Source: Lepidodermella squamata
Taxonomy: Eukaryota; Animalia; Gastrotricha
Assembly (NCBI GenBank): GCA_047495785.1
Contig: JBLDXI010000019.1
Location: forward strand, 3,100,001 to 3,164,000
Length of the DNA stretch: 64,000 nt
Direction of reading: 5' to 3'
The notes under the pieces are model-generated. The model ran no database searches, was not told where the DNA came from, and saw only the letters and a program-made list of their open reading frames with translations. Below, one piece after another: positions 11,438 through 24,100 of this stretch (its first letter is position 1; the number at the start of each line of letters is the position of its first letter). A program made the position numbers and the translations under genes.

Positions 11438-13099
11438 TTGCGTGTGGTGCGAAATGTCTAAAATGGTTGCTGAACTGAATCAGAAGGCGAATAGGCGAGC
11501 ATGGTACGTTTGAGATAAGATAATTGTTTGCTATCTCGCTATCTCGACTGTGTCTAATCAACTTTTTAGTGTGTTCACGTTCATACTTCCTACCGCTGGT
11601 GAATGTCGTCCTTGTTGCCCTATTAGAAAGGCAATTAAGTTAGAAATCTGAACGCTAAATAATTTTGTCTCGTATCAGTAGATTTTCCTGAATAAGAATG
11701 GAAGAAAAATTAATTGATGCCTCAAATCGGAATTTGTCTCGAAAGCAGCATTGATCCATCTTATCGAGAATCTTGAATCTTAAATATAGCCTGAAATGTG
11801 GTGCCCCGCATTTTTACAATTTCTTATCAACCATGAGCCATGAGAAATGTTCTCATACGGATTTCACCAATACATATTAGGTCGAGTTTGGGGTAAATTT
11901 CCCACTGGTAAATTTAATAGACGTACCTAGTTGTGCCAGGAATAAACTTTTTCAAGTTTGCGATCATTTTCAAGCTCGCAAATGACGTTTTCAGCTCAAG
12001 TTCATTAAGAGTGGATTTTTCCTCGAAATGATGTCTCTCCGCCGTCGTACCATTGAAGCTTTTAAGATTGAAGCGTGACCTCAGAAATCGCCGTTTCACA
12101 CCAAGCTTGGAAGCACACAAAATCTTGCAAGATTCGCAATTTGAGCCGTAACTCAAAATCGTCGCACACTCCAAAGCCAAGACACAAAATTATAACACAT
12201 ATGTGTCATCACCGCCAATTATATTAGAAATTTCAGTTTCAATCAATTAAGCGTTACCCATATCATTTTTGATATTAGAAAATTACCAATAAAACAGTTC
12301 AAATGGTCCATATTATAGTATTAGTCCCAAGTAATAAATAATGCTGGTCTCTTGTTCATTAAACTGCAGCAAATTGAGGAAATCGAGGATTCAGCAAGAC
12401 GTCCCGGTCCTCTCTGTTCACACTATTTCGCTCAACAGATGGCAAAATTGCAGCAGGGTTTAGTCGCGAAGCCCGAGCAAACTCTGTCGCTATACTATCT
12501 TGGAAAATCTCTTAGAAGTAACTCTGTAACTCTCTTGGAAGAGGTTCGCCGTAATCTCCAAGAATCGAATTCGCGCTCGACAAAATTTCTGCCGAAATAC
12601 CCACGGCTACTGCGCTTGGTGTTAAATTCGAAAAGAAAACAGAAATGCAAAGCTGCAGTTAACACGATGAAGAGCGACATTACAAAATATTAAAAATTAC
12701 CATTAACATCAAATTACCAGGTTGCGAAGTCTGTAAGAGTGTCTTGAGTGTCTAGAGTGTCTATAGGCTAGAATGTCTCTGAGAAACAAGGTCACCTTTA
12801 GCTACGCCCTACGCCCATGGTGCCGACGGCGTTGGTTTTATATCTTAGCCAGGAGTATGACATTTACCCTAAAATAGCGCCGTCTAAACACCGCCCTGAC
12901 TTCGGCAGCCCTACACTACTATTCGTGCGATTCTCAACTACAGTTTCCGATAAGGCTCCCCACCCTGCACGTAATAACCTAATTGCAGTACTTGACCAGG
13001 TGTTTTCTTACCTCCCACGTCCAGCTGCAAAAATCCGAGGAAAGATAAACAGGCTATAAAAACTTCAGCAGTTCCAACGGAATTATAGCATAATCAAAA

Positions 13100-14584
13100 A
13101 TGGCTTTCCTTCTTACCTTTTTTATAACGTTTTTACCTCTCACTGCGTCAAATTCGATCCAACCATGGCCAAAGCCTGATAACCTGGTCGTTTTTTTCCC
13201 AATGACTGGTCAGCAAATGATGAAAGACCTCGGGCCTAAAAATGTTAAGGCTTCGCATTACAACTCATATACCGTCGAGCCCGGTCCATTCGGCGATCCC
13301 AATACCGCTCTTGGTTCCAACAATCCAAATACCCCCATCTTCAATGCTTATGACCCGAGCTTCAAAATGAGTAAAACTTTCACGCTATCTTTTGCTTATC
13401 GCCGTGATACGGGCAGCTCAAAGCAGCGCGGCTTGTTTTCCATCACACGGTCCTCGACGACTCAGACGATTGATATTTCCACTTATTTGGATAAACAAGT
13501 GGCTGCTGCGATAGGCTTCGACAATTACTACTTCGACTCTGTAGTCAACATCGAAGGAGCTTGGAGCTTCGTGACTATCACTCTGAATACACAGACCAAA
13601 AAAATATCCGTTTTTGACCGATTCGGGAAGGGCGAGGTGAAAACAACTAAAGATATTGTCGGGGACCTGAGTAATGTCCAAGGTATCAGAGTCGGCGCCA
13701 GCAGTACCGATGGTCTTCAGGCGAAGGATGGAATGGCTTGCGTTTACTTGTACAACATCGAGCTAAACCCGTTCGAAGTCGCTCAACTCTCCCAGGCCTG
13801 TCGAGCTGTGATTGGATCAGCGCCTTGTGGCTCACCGAGACTCCCCCTAACGCCGCTCCCGACCTTTGTCAGTGGGAACGCGGTTGTCCCGAAACCAGGT
13901 CAATTTCCATGGTTGGCTTCTTTGCGTAAAAATGGCGTTCACGTCTGCTCGGCAGTCATTCTCGACCAAACTCGACTGCTGACCACAAAGGATTGCATGG
14001 ACAGAAAATCACCTCGTTCAGCCTTCGACGTAGTTGTCGGCGAACACGATCTTCAAGTCACGGAGAGCCACAGCAAGATTCACACAATCTCTAAAATAAA
14101 AAGTGGGCCTTCATTCACTGTCCTGCTAGTTAAAGGCGCCATAGATCTGTCCAATCAATACGTCAACGACGCTTGTTGGTTCAGGACAGATCTTGATAAA
14201 GACCCGACAGTAGATGGGTTATACTTCGCCGGCTGGGGCAAAAACGGTCGATATGGACAGACAAGCCAAGGTCTACCGCGATACGTCACGGGGACGTCGA
14301 TGTCTAGCAGCCAGTGTAAACTTGAAGTCCCGGATGTCGACATCTCCAGCGAGATTTGCTTTTCAAATAGCGGCACGGAGCAAGGAGTGCCGTGTGATGG
14401 CGATCAAGGCAGTCCGTTATTGGCGCAAATACCGCTGGAGCGAGGTGTCAGCGAACGCCTTGGAGTCACTGGAATTTTCTCCAAACGTGATGCGAGCTGT
14501 TCGGCTGGCAAGCCTGGTCGCTTTGTTAAGCTGACTGCAGATCAAGTTGATTGGATTGCTGATGCCCTGTCTAAGTTCGTGTAA
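13100..14584 (+). CDS. Lectin-pseudoprotease copy 3 (full length)
   Basis: Intronless 494-aa paralog with a signal peptide, the same TTKDC/GDQGSP substitutions and the conserved TATA box. Confidence 0.88.
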   Translation: MAFLLTFFITFLPLTASNSIQPWPKPDNLVVFFPMTGQQMMKDLGPKNVKASHYNSYTVEPGPFGDPNTALGSNNPNTPIFNAYDPSFKMSKTFTLSFAYRRDTGSSKQRGLFSITRSSTTQTIDISTYLDKQVAAAIGFDNYYFDSVVNIEGAWSFVTITLNTQTKKISVFDRFGKGEVKTTKDIVGDLSNVQGIRVGASSTDGLQAKDGMACVYLYNIELNPFEVAQLSQACRAVIGSAPCGSPRLPLTPLPTFVSGNAVVPKPGQFPWLASLRKNGVHVCSAVILDQTRLLTTKDCMDRKSPRSAFDVVVGEHDLQVTESHSKIHTISKIKSGPSFTVLLVKGAIDLSNQYVNDACWFRTDLDKDPTVDGLYFAGWGKNGRYGQTSQGLPRYVTGTSMSSSQCKLEVPDVDISSEICFSNSGTEQGVPCDGDQGSPLLAQIPLERGVSERLGVTGIFSKRDASCSAGKPGRFVKLTADQVDWIADALSKFV

Positions 14585-14651
14585 ATTGCATAATCCGAAT
14601 TTAAAAAACTTATTCCTCGGTGTAGTAGAAATGGATGAGTGCCATCCACTA

Positions 14652-15038
14652 CATGAGACGTACTATAGGACGCCGTGGCTTGCAGAAAGTCAGAAAAAGC
14701 GTGATATTTTTAATGAGGTCCAAAGTCCAACTCGACCAATGAATCATCTCATTACACTTTTTGCAATCATCTCAAGCCTCTTTTTTGCTTAAGATCAACG
14801 AGATCAACACATCTTTACACAGCGTCACGCCGATCTTTTGCTGTAAAGGAATTCTCATCAGTTTTTAATTATTTACATTTAAAAAATTAAAATTTTATAA
14901 ATTAAAATTTCTTTAATTTCGAAATTACTGGACTAAAATTTAATTCGTATGCACATTCCGATATGCACAGTCCGCGGCCTTCAAGAGGCCCATGTAACGG
15001 GAGCTTCGAAGCCGCGGCGTCCTATAGTACGTCTCATG
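14652..15038. mobile_element. Non-autonomous DNA transposon with an 8-bp target duplication (P-element- or hAT-like)
   Basis: 30-bp TIR CATGAGACGTACTATAGGACGCCG(T/C)GGCTT. ATCCACTA is duplicated at 14644-14651 and 15039-15046. Confidence 0.9.
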
Positions 15039-16814
15039 ATCCACTATAGATTTAAACGGGACTTTCCACCATTATTTTGACTTGAGTTTTTATGACATGT
15101 GAGAAAAACCGTAACGAAATAGCTGAGCTTCACTGTATGCTTCAATTGAAGAAATAAAATCAGGTGTTCGGCATTATCACTGTGATCTTTGCTTCATTCT
15201 TGACGGATTCGTAATCTACGTTCTACGTTTCTCTTCGTTCTGAAATAATTTGAAAACCCGGTTTCAAAATTCCTCATTGATCAAAAGAGCTAATGTCCAC
15301 TCGTCGTTTTATGAAGGTCATTTTTTCGACCGGCTAAGTCATCGACAGCATGTATAGCGAAGTCCATCAGTTGAGCAGCAAGAAATCAAATCTCACAGCC
15401 TTCATACATTTTATTTTTAGTTTTTTGCTGAAATCATTTTTCTTTCATATTAAGCATTTCCGAACAAACACGAACAGACTTGCATCAAGAACAGCGCCGA
15501 ACAAGTCAGTACACTTTGATTTAAACCTCCAGAAATTATTCCAGCCTTGAAATTGGCATCTCTATTGCTCGAGATAGGTAACAAACGTTCCTGAAAAGCG
15601 AATATATTCGAACACGAACACTTGGACTAGTGCGCAACTTTTTTAACCTCAGCACTGATTGCGCACCAGAAAGGAATGAGGAGAGAAACAAATTTCGGCT
15701 CTTCTAAAATTGAAGCTTTCAATGTAATATAATGGCGTAAAAATAAAGAGGTACAGGAAAACCGGAAAAGCAGTTGCGCTATCGATATCGAAATTGTTGA
15801 TGGCGGTGTGGCGGGGAGCAAAAAGCGCGGGAAATAAACAAAATTCAACTTTTTTGTGCGGATATTGACTATTTAGGTGCAAGCTATTAGACTATTTTGC
15901 TATGCGCCTAGTCGAAATAATATTATTATTACTATTATTTTAATCGCAATTTTCACGATTATGACCATCGAGCTATGAGTGGAGTGAATTTTTTTCGAGT
16001 CGCACCGTGCGATATTATTATTGCATTTCATCATCAGCGCAAAAATCAGCAGCTCTTTGGCTTGATCGAGAGAAAAAACGGTGAATAATTATTATGAAAC
16101 GGCGAAAAAATTTAATCAACTCGGCCGCGGGTGCAACTTTTCAAGCCTCGTTTCGAATTTCCGCTCTGCTGTGGGGTTTAGTTCATCTTCATTTTTAGAG
16201 CTTCATACCATCTTATTATTGAAGATTACAAGTGAAAGAGAGAGAGCGAGAAATGATAATCCACGCAACCTTTTAATCAAATGTAAGATGCACCTAGCCT
16301 ACCACCCATTTTACTAGGATAAGATCTTTTGAAGTTAAGTTTCTAACGCTGAGAATTTTCGGATTCATTTTATTTCCACAATTATCTGGCATTTTAGGAA
16401 TTTTAGAATTTTATCCAGATTTTTCTCTATTATTTCTGTACATTTTCTGAGGCTCTGCCAATTGCATACCTAAGTTAGGATTCAAGCGCTGTTCAAGGCT
16501 TGATAACTGAAATAAATTTCCCTAAAATATGGTTTTTCGAGTATGTCGTCGGTGGAGTCTCAATAGCTTTCTTAGTACCATTCCGACTTCCAACCGAAAA
16601 TCTCATTTTTACTGGTACTCAGTTTACTAATCATACACCATAGTCCGCAGGACCAATATCGATTTCTACTATCGATTCTAGAAATCACTGATTTTCCGAT
16701 ATTAGCGATTCAGGAAGCAAGCAAAGCAATTTGTTATGCATATCTTAGGGGCAGTACCATACACATAAAATTCCAGGAAAATGCTGATCGTAAAAATTGA
16801 AAAATTAACGAAGT

Positions 16815-17215
16815 GTTCTTTCATATGACGATTGACAAAAAACCTTTCATTTAATTTTTTTTTACAAAATTTATGTTTTGGCAAAACGATGATAATTGAG
16901 GTTAGGGGATAGGATTATATGTGTCAGGTTGGAGTTAGGATTGGGGTTATGTATTGGTTAGGGTTCAGGGTTAGGTTTAGCTTAGGCCCAGCCTGGGCTT
17001 GGTAACTTTTTCATTGAAAAACTTCGACCCAGTATGAGCCTAGTTTAGCCCCAGACCCCAGTTTAGGCCTAGGCCGGCACATCTGGGAGGTTTTAGGTCG
17101 ATTTTCGAGTTTTTCGAAGTTCGATTTTAATGCCCAATAACCATTTTCAAGGTGTATGAAGGTTATTTACGTGTGACAAAATCACTTTTCATTGCAAAGA
17201 TTTGTGACCAAAAAT
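16815..17215. repeat. Dispersed repeat with an internal degenerate (GGTTAG)n tract; related to 31187-31515
   Basis: ttaggtcgattttcgagtttttcgaagttcgatttta matches the reverse complement at ~31372-31410. Shares tgacaaaatcac/ctttcat motifs. Confidence 0.55.
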
Positions 17216-20200
17216 TGAAATTAAATTATGCTAATTTTTCAATATTTTTCTCACTGCCGACTTCCTGTGCGATCCACATATTTTTTCAGCGTCGAACTGT
17301 TTTCACCTTAACACGTTTTTCTCATTGCCGGTGTTAAGGGCAGGCAATAACGGTGCCAAGTGGTTTTACAGCAATCCTTAAAACCCAAACGCAATCACTG
17401 GAGCGATTTGCGACGTATTGTCTAATTGAATCCACCGGCAATTGTTTACAGGCGTCGATATAGTATTATCCCATCATCGCGAAGAAACAATAAACAACGG
17501 CGCGCTTGCTAAAAAATTAGCGTAATAAATAAAAATCGACGCGGTGAGAACAAAACAAAACTAGAGGAGAGGCGGATTCACCGACCAAAATCAACCCGCC
17601 TAGTTCTTTCGTTGTTTTTATTATTGTTTTTCCAATAACAACACTCGCGAGCCAATTTACAGTAATAATATTATTCCACCAGCGAATTTATTGTTTATTT
17701 TCATAGAATCCACTAATACGCGCCTAATCTAATTCAAGTTTTGTCGTTGTGAAAAAATTAGTTGGAAAATTCCGAAAAAATAATGTAACCACCACCAACG
17801 GGTCGTATTTACATCCGCTGCGAATAATTTTTCCACTACATACCATTTTTTCGTGCATTACACCCGTGGTGGTGTTTTTTCATCACATCATATTATAGTA
17901 TTTTACGAGTATATGTAATTGAGCAGTAGAGCCGCCGGGTGGTATTGTGTGTCGCGCATTATTTGCTGCTGCGACTGCAGGCGATGTTCTACGACGGCGA
18001 TGATGAAAAATGGTAAAGTGCACTTGGCGACACACAAGTGGCAGAAAACTGACCCCTATCATCGGCCCACTTCCGCGCCATTTATCGCCGTCTCATCATG
18101 AATAACCTGTGCTTGAATTTTTTCACCGGTACATCTTTGCCGCATTGTCTGTATTGTTATAATTTTTCTCCGTTCGCATTTCATCTAATTTTGATCAAGT
18201 GTAGTGATTATTGTAGTTATTATTAGCCTGAAAAGATGCGAGAGCGGCTTTTCGGCCCTGTAATTTGGCGTGGCCTACTAGTGTGTATACTAGTGTGCCA
18301 TGATGACTCGTTTTAGGGCACGCGATTTTGAAAACGCAAATTATTACTGATGATGTGCGTTTGCGGCTTATTACGCGGCCTTAATGCGATAAATGAGCAC
18401 GGCTGGCTGCTACTTTTCGTCGAGGATTTCCGCCGACGTCGATTTTTCTCCTCATGTTTTTACGTGTGTAACAAAAAACTTGACCGGTAACAGCTTGTCC
18501 TCATACCTGGTCGACAACAACAACAACAACAAATAAAAATAATAATTATTATTACTATTTAAAACACGAGCGAGATTTCGTTTATTAAGGTGGATTTTTT
18601 ATATTCACCATCGATTTTTTATTAGGATTTTTTTAGCTCATTTAGGCAAATTGGCCTGCCGAGTATGCTAAAAATACACATGAGGCCGTTTTTTTGCGGC
18701 TCATTTTTCATTTTTTATTGCTGAGCCATGAGGTTTTTACGGGCCGAAACCATAAGACGGTTTATTGCCGGCATTAAGCCGGAATAAAAATTGTTCGCAT
18801 TTTCTATACCCGATCGCATCTCAATGGAGTCGCTTTTTATTAACTCGCCATATGACATGTTTTTTTTATGCTGATGACTTGTGGCCGCTGAACATTTACC
18901 ACCAGTAGTATTGATAGCCGTCATCACGCCTCTGATATGAATGACTGGTTTCGCGTGGCTATTCACTGATTAATTGACTGCATTTAACTGCCATCAGATA
19001 GTATAATAATTTATGTGCCAAGTGCTTGATTCTCGTCGTAAAACTCCTCGTAAAATTAATTAACTCGCAGCGAATTTTATCGCGATTTTTTGCAGATATC
19101 TGATCACTGCGTCAGAAAGTTGAGTTTATGCGATTTTTCTACCATTTTTTTGGAATTTTTACTGAATTATTTATCACTCAATAGCCGGTCTGATATTTTT
19201 TGTCGCGTATTTGGAACGTAATTAGTGTCACCCGCGCAAATAGTACGCCCGGCGAATTTACTCTCTGATATAAAATTCACCTTTATACCAGCCGTGTTTT
19301 TTCGATATTTTCTCCGTCTTCGTTGTCATCTCTCACTCGATCGCGCACGCGCAATCGCAGTACAAAACTTTGCTTTTTGCACCGTCGCGTATTTATCGAC
19401 ACAATAAATTGCGAACAATAATAGGTGGGTAGCTATATATAATAAATAATAACAACAATCAGTTGTTAAATACCGCTACTTGTTGTTTATTGCCAGGTCA
19501 CTTTTTTGTGCGTCTCAAAATCCGGTTCGAGCTAAATTAACTATGAAAATTTTCTTTTTATTTGACCAGGTTAAACATTTATGTTGTTAATCGAATCATG
19601 CAAGTTTAATCGCAGCGTCTTATATTATTTCTTTTTCATTATGTATCATCATCGCCAGCGCAGCTTTTGTTACGGCAATGCCGAGATTGGCAAACAAAAC
19701 GTGCCAGGACGCGAGTGACAACCCGCGGCTGCCTGCTGCTGGATTAATTGTCATAGATCTTCCACTACTCCCTAAACCTGTGCCTATTTTTACCCACTTC
19801 AGTTTGACACAAATGCAAACGCCCTTGCTTAAATAATAATAACGAGAAAATAATAAGCGCGCGCGTTGTGGGCTGAGTGGTGAAAAAGCCGCGGACCTGC
19901 GCACATTTCGTAATTAGTAGCTCGTTTATGAGCCATTTCTACCTCGTCGGCAATTTTTTCCTTGTTTAGAATCAACGTCACGTTTTATTTACTCTCTTGA
20001 CCTGACCTTTTTCAGCGCTCGTGCTTGGATAGTTGTCTCATACCAGGCCAGTTGCATCCGTTGAAAGATCATACAAAATCAGTCGGAAGCAGCCTGGATT
20101 TTCTTGAATATTAAAAGGCTTTAAATTCTGCAGAAATTCAAATAATTCCTAATTTTTCGCGTATTTAGGGAAATTTCGAGTTTTCTTGTTGCTCTGTCAG

Positions 20201-21141
20201 ATTTTTGAAAATTGCGTTTTTTCGATATGTTAAGGAGGAATTTTCAAATTTCGCAATGTCTTGCGTTTCTTTTGCAACGCACGTTGCGAGTTGCGTTTTT
20301 GAAAAGCCGCGGACCTCGAAATTGGTAATTAGCGTTTTGTGTGTGCGCGGCGCGTGTGCCATTTTATCTCGTCGGCAATTTTTTGGTTCTCTCAACGCCG
20401 TTTTCATTACACAAATTACTCTCTTGACCTGACCTGACTTGCGTATCGCGCGATATTATTGCTTCTTAGACGCGTGTGTTCGCGGTATAATGAATAAATG
20501 TGTTAAGCTTGTCACAACAAATACCTCGCTGTATCTGATGTTGAATGTTTTGTTGTTATTTGTTGATTATTATTTTATTCATTAGTACCCACTTAACTAC
20601 GAGAGCAAGTTTTCTCATTATTTCACTGCCGCAACAGCAGCAGGTGCAAGTATAGGAAGTATGGGGGTTTAGCAGAAATAAATTTCGATGGCTTAAAACC
20701 AGTCACTGCCAAGTTTTTTTCTGAAAAAATGCACTCAGCTAACACGCGTTTAGATTTGTAGTAGTTAGCAATACAACTGGCTTGGCACGTGCGTTTGCTT
20801 AGCCATTTTTTGCGCGTTGTTCTCATTCGTTTTTTCCACTCCAACCATGGAAAGGCTTTGCCACCTATATTATTTTTATTATTATTATCAGATATCATAG
20901 CCGCTCTTTGCCATCGAGATGCCGCGCAGTTGACAATGCACTTGCTTCTTCTTGTCGCATTTTTTTCGTCCTTATGTTTGACAATTAGTAATAATAGTAT
21001 TGATGCGACACGTGTTTTTTCGATGTTAACACGTCTGTTCCTTTGTATCGACATGTTGTAGATTTGTTAACGGCTTTTAATGATGAAAAATCGGGTTCGA
21101 ACTACGATATCGTCTAAAATCAATTGGAAATTATTCGGAAA

Positions 21142-24100
21142 ATGAGAATTAAACTCAACTTCGTCCTACTCTTCCTCCTCGTCAATGTTGGCTCAATTGT
21201 CTGGTAAGTTCACAGGATATTTCATGTAATCGTTTAATTTAGATTTTATTCAACATTAATTGCAAACATTTGAGGTCTGCCTCGTTTTTTATCCCAAAAT
21301 TCAATCATTTTTGGCGGTTTTGGAGAAATAATCGGAATCTTAAAAATTTTAGAATTATTCGTTATTGGCGTTCAGGCCGTTTTAGCGATTTTCCGATAAA
21401 TTCATTGGTATTGCCACAAATTTCCCAGACCCTAAAATTGCGGCAAATGTCGCTTCGAATTTTCCAAATTTGTTCGAACATTCGATTTTTAGAAATTATA
21501 TTCTTTTTCGGCCAACTTTTTTTCAAATTTCGGATAAACTTACAATATTTTTTATTCTTAGGGCTCTGAAATTGTCATCAAATCCTGACGAATGCTACCT
21601 GAACGAATTGAAGGAGTACGAAGCGGAGCAATGCACGCCGATGTGTCTGAACATATCGATTCCAATACTGCAACGATCGGCCAACAAATTCAAGGCGTGG
21701 ATGCTGCGCCTCGGTGGCACCACGGTGAAAGAACGCGGCTCCGACGAGTGTCCGATGCAGTGCAAACACGTGAAAAACTACGCTCAGGTGTGCTGCGACG
21801 GCTACGACCGGCCTAAAGACGTCGCTGATGGGCCTTGTCTAGGTAAAACATGGCTTCAAGTTTTTTAGCTCTACATCTTTTAGTAGGATAAATCGGGGTT
21901 CGGGGTTAGCATGGGGAAATTTGCAATTTTAAAATTTACGTTTTTTCGCACAATTTGGGCAGATCTGCCGAGGAAGAACTGCTAAAAATTTGAAAAATTG
22001 TTAATTGCAAAAAATTTGAGATTTTTCGCTATTTGATGAATTTTGATCTTCGATATTATCCTCAAAAACTGTTTTTTTCATTTTTCTTTTTTTTCTTACA
22101 TTTTAAGACAAAAGTCTTTATTTTCAGAAATTAACTTTCCTGAGATCCGTTCTCTCTTCGCCATTTGAAATTCTCAATTTTTTCAAAATCTAAAATAGAT
22201 ATGATTTTAAAATTCGAAATAACTCGATTTTCGATTTCTGATCATACTGCCGCCGCCGTTCAAAAATTCGAAAAACTGAGCAATTTTCAACACAATTGTT
22301 GCTTCCTTGAAAATTGCGATTTCGCAATAAAAAACACAACCCAGTAGGTAATCAATGACGCTCTGCACACTGGTTACCGCTTAACCGGCGAAAAATATAT
22401 TTTTTAATTCATTTCTAAAATCGCAGATTCCGAAAATCACATTTTTAACTAAAAATTCTGCAATATACATTTTTTAAGTAATTTAGGACCAGTTTTCGAC
22501 CGGTTTGACTTGAAATAAAAATTTGGAAAATTCACCAAAATTTGCGGCTCAAAAAGTTGATAGACCTGTTTTCAGCGTTCTAGAATGATTTTTAAGAATG
22601 GTGACCATTGTCTCGAATGAAAAAAAAACAATTTTTAATTATTTGTGAACGACGACGCCCGTATGATGCGTGGAGGTGTAATAGTGTAGAATTTTCAAAC
22701 GAAATTTTTTTAAAATGTTGAAATTTCTCATTTCCTCTAGACGTTAACGAATGCGAATTGGAGCGATTGAACGCGCCGTACGGGAATTTGACATACCCCC
22801 TCTGCAACTACGATCTCAACTACATGTGCGTGAACGTGCCGAAAACGTACCGATGCGACTGCAAGCCCGGCTACGTGCGCAACGCCCTCGCCGAGGTCGG
22901 CTGCGTCGACATGGACGAGTGCCTGGACCGCGCTTGCGGCGACGCGCAGTGCGAAAACACGGTCGGGTCTTACCGCTGCTTCTGCCCCGACGGGTATAAA
23001 CTCGATCATCGAGTGGTCGACGCCGAGCGCAATGTGACGCGGCTCGATTGCGTCGATATCGACGAGTGCAACGATGCGGATCGGCCGCCGGCCTGCACCG
23101 ATGCGAACACGGTGTGCGTGAACGCGCTCGGGTCTTACACGTGCCAATGCGCGCCGGGCTACACGCTGGCTTCTGATGGCAACTATTGCAAGGGTTAACT
23201 GATTTTTACATTTCTTTCGAAATTTATTACTGGGGAATTTCATAAAAAAATTCGAAATTTCCATAATTTTTTACTTAAATTTTGAGATGGCCAGCTGAGT
23301 TGAACCCACATTTTCTGGTTATTGAATTTCCTCAAGAAAAATTTATTAATTTCACGAATTTTTAGATCGCAGTCAAAATTCAACTCTCAAATTTCATGTT
23401 GAATTTTTCGAGACTTGGTCTGTCCTTCTAGTGGGTACTCCAGCTTAATAATACGTCAGGATAATTCATATTTTTTCGACTAACTGAGGCCCAAGTTTTG
23501 AAGAACGATTCATAGGTATTTTTGTAACGGAATTACTCGAAAAAGCCACTCTTAAAATGAAAGCTGGGTTACGTTTAATTACATTTTGAATTTCGATTTC
23601 GATTAATTGGCAAAATTCCTCTAACAATTTAAAACAAGGCGGAAAATAATTTTACTTTCACGCGGTTAATCAATTTCTTCGATCTCGTGGCCATCTTCAT
23701 TTCAGTGACGAATGTCTGATCATGTGACGAATAATATGTGGGCGGACCCAGGGCTGAGCCGATTTTTTGCCCGAGCCTCGGGGAACTATGAATACGAATT
23801 TTTTTCAATTAAGCCCGACCTCGGCATCAAAACTATAGTAAGTCGAACCCGTTAATTAAGTTGGCTCCTTTTGTCGTCAGTGTTTTTGGGCAAAAAATCG
23901 GGGCGCCCGTCAACATGTACGCCACGGGGTCTGAATAATAATTTTTCGACAGCAAAAATCATAACAGTCATTTGAAAATCAGGGATAAATGCGCGTTGAG
24001 AGTGATATTTGTCGATTAGCCTACTTGAAATAATAATGTGAGCTTCTGACATATAACGCCGAAGTCGGAAACCATTGTTATTTAGTGTGGGACTGTCAGA

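Noticed and set aside
11914-12693. Short ORFs between SLC13 and copy 3
   Set aside because: No recognisable motifs or convincing splice structure; possibly decayed repeat.
16900-17070. Interstitial telomere
   Set aside because: The TTAGGG-like units are degenerate and embedded in a dispersed repeat also seen at ~31.4 kb.
22737-23264. 175-aa minus-strand ORF
   Set aside because: Antisense shadow of a GC3-rich EGF exon.
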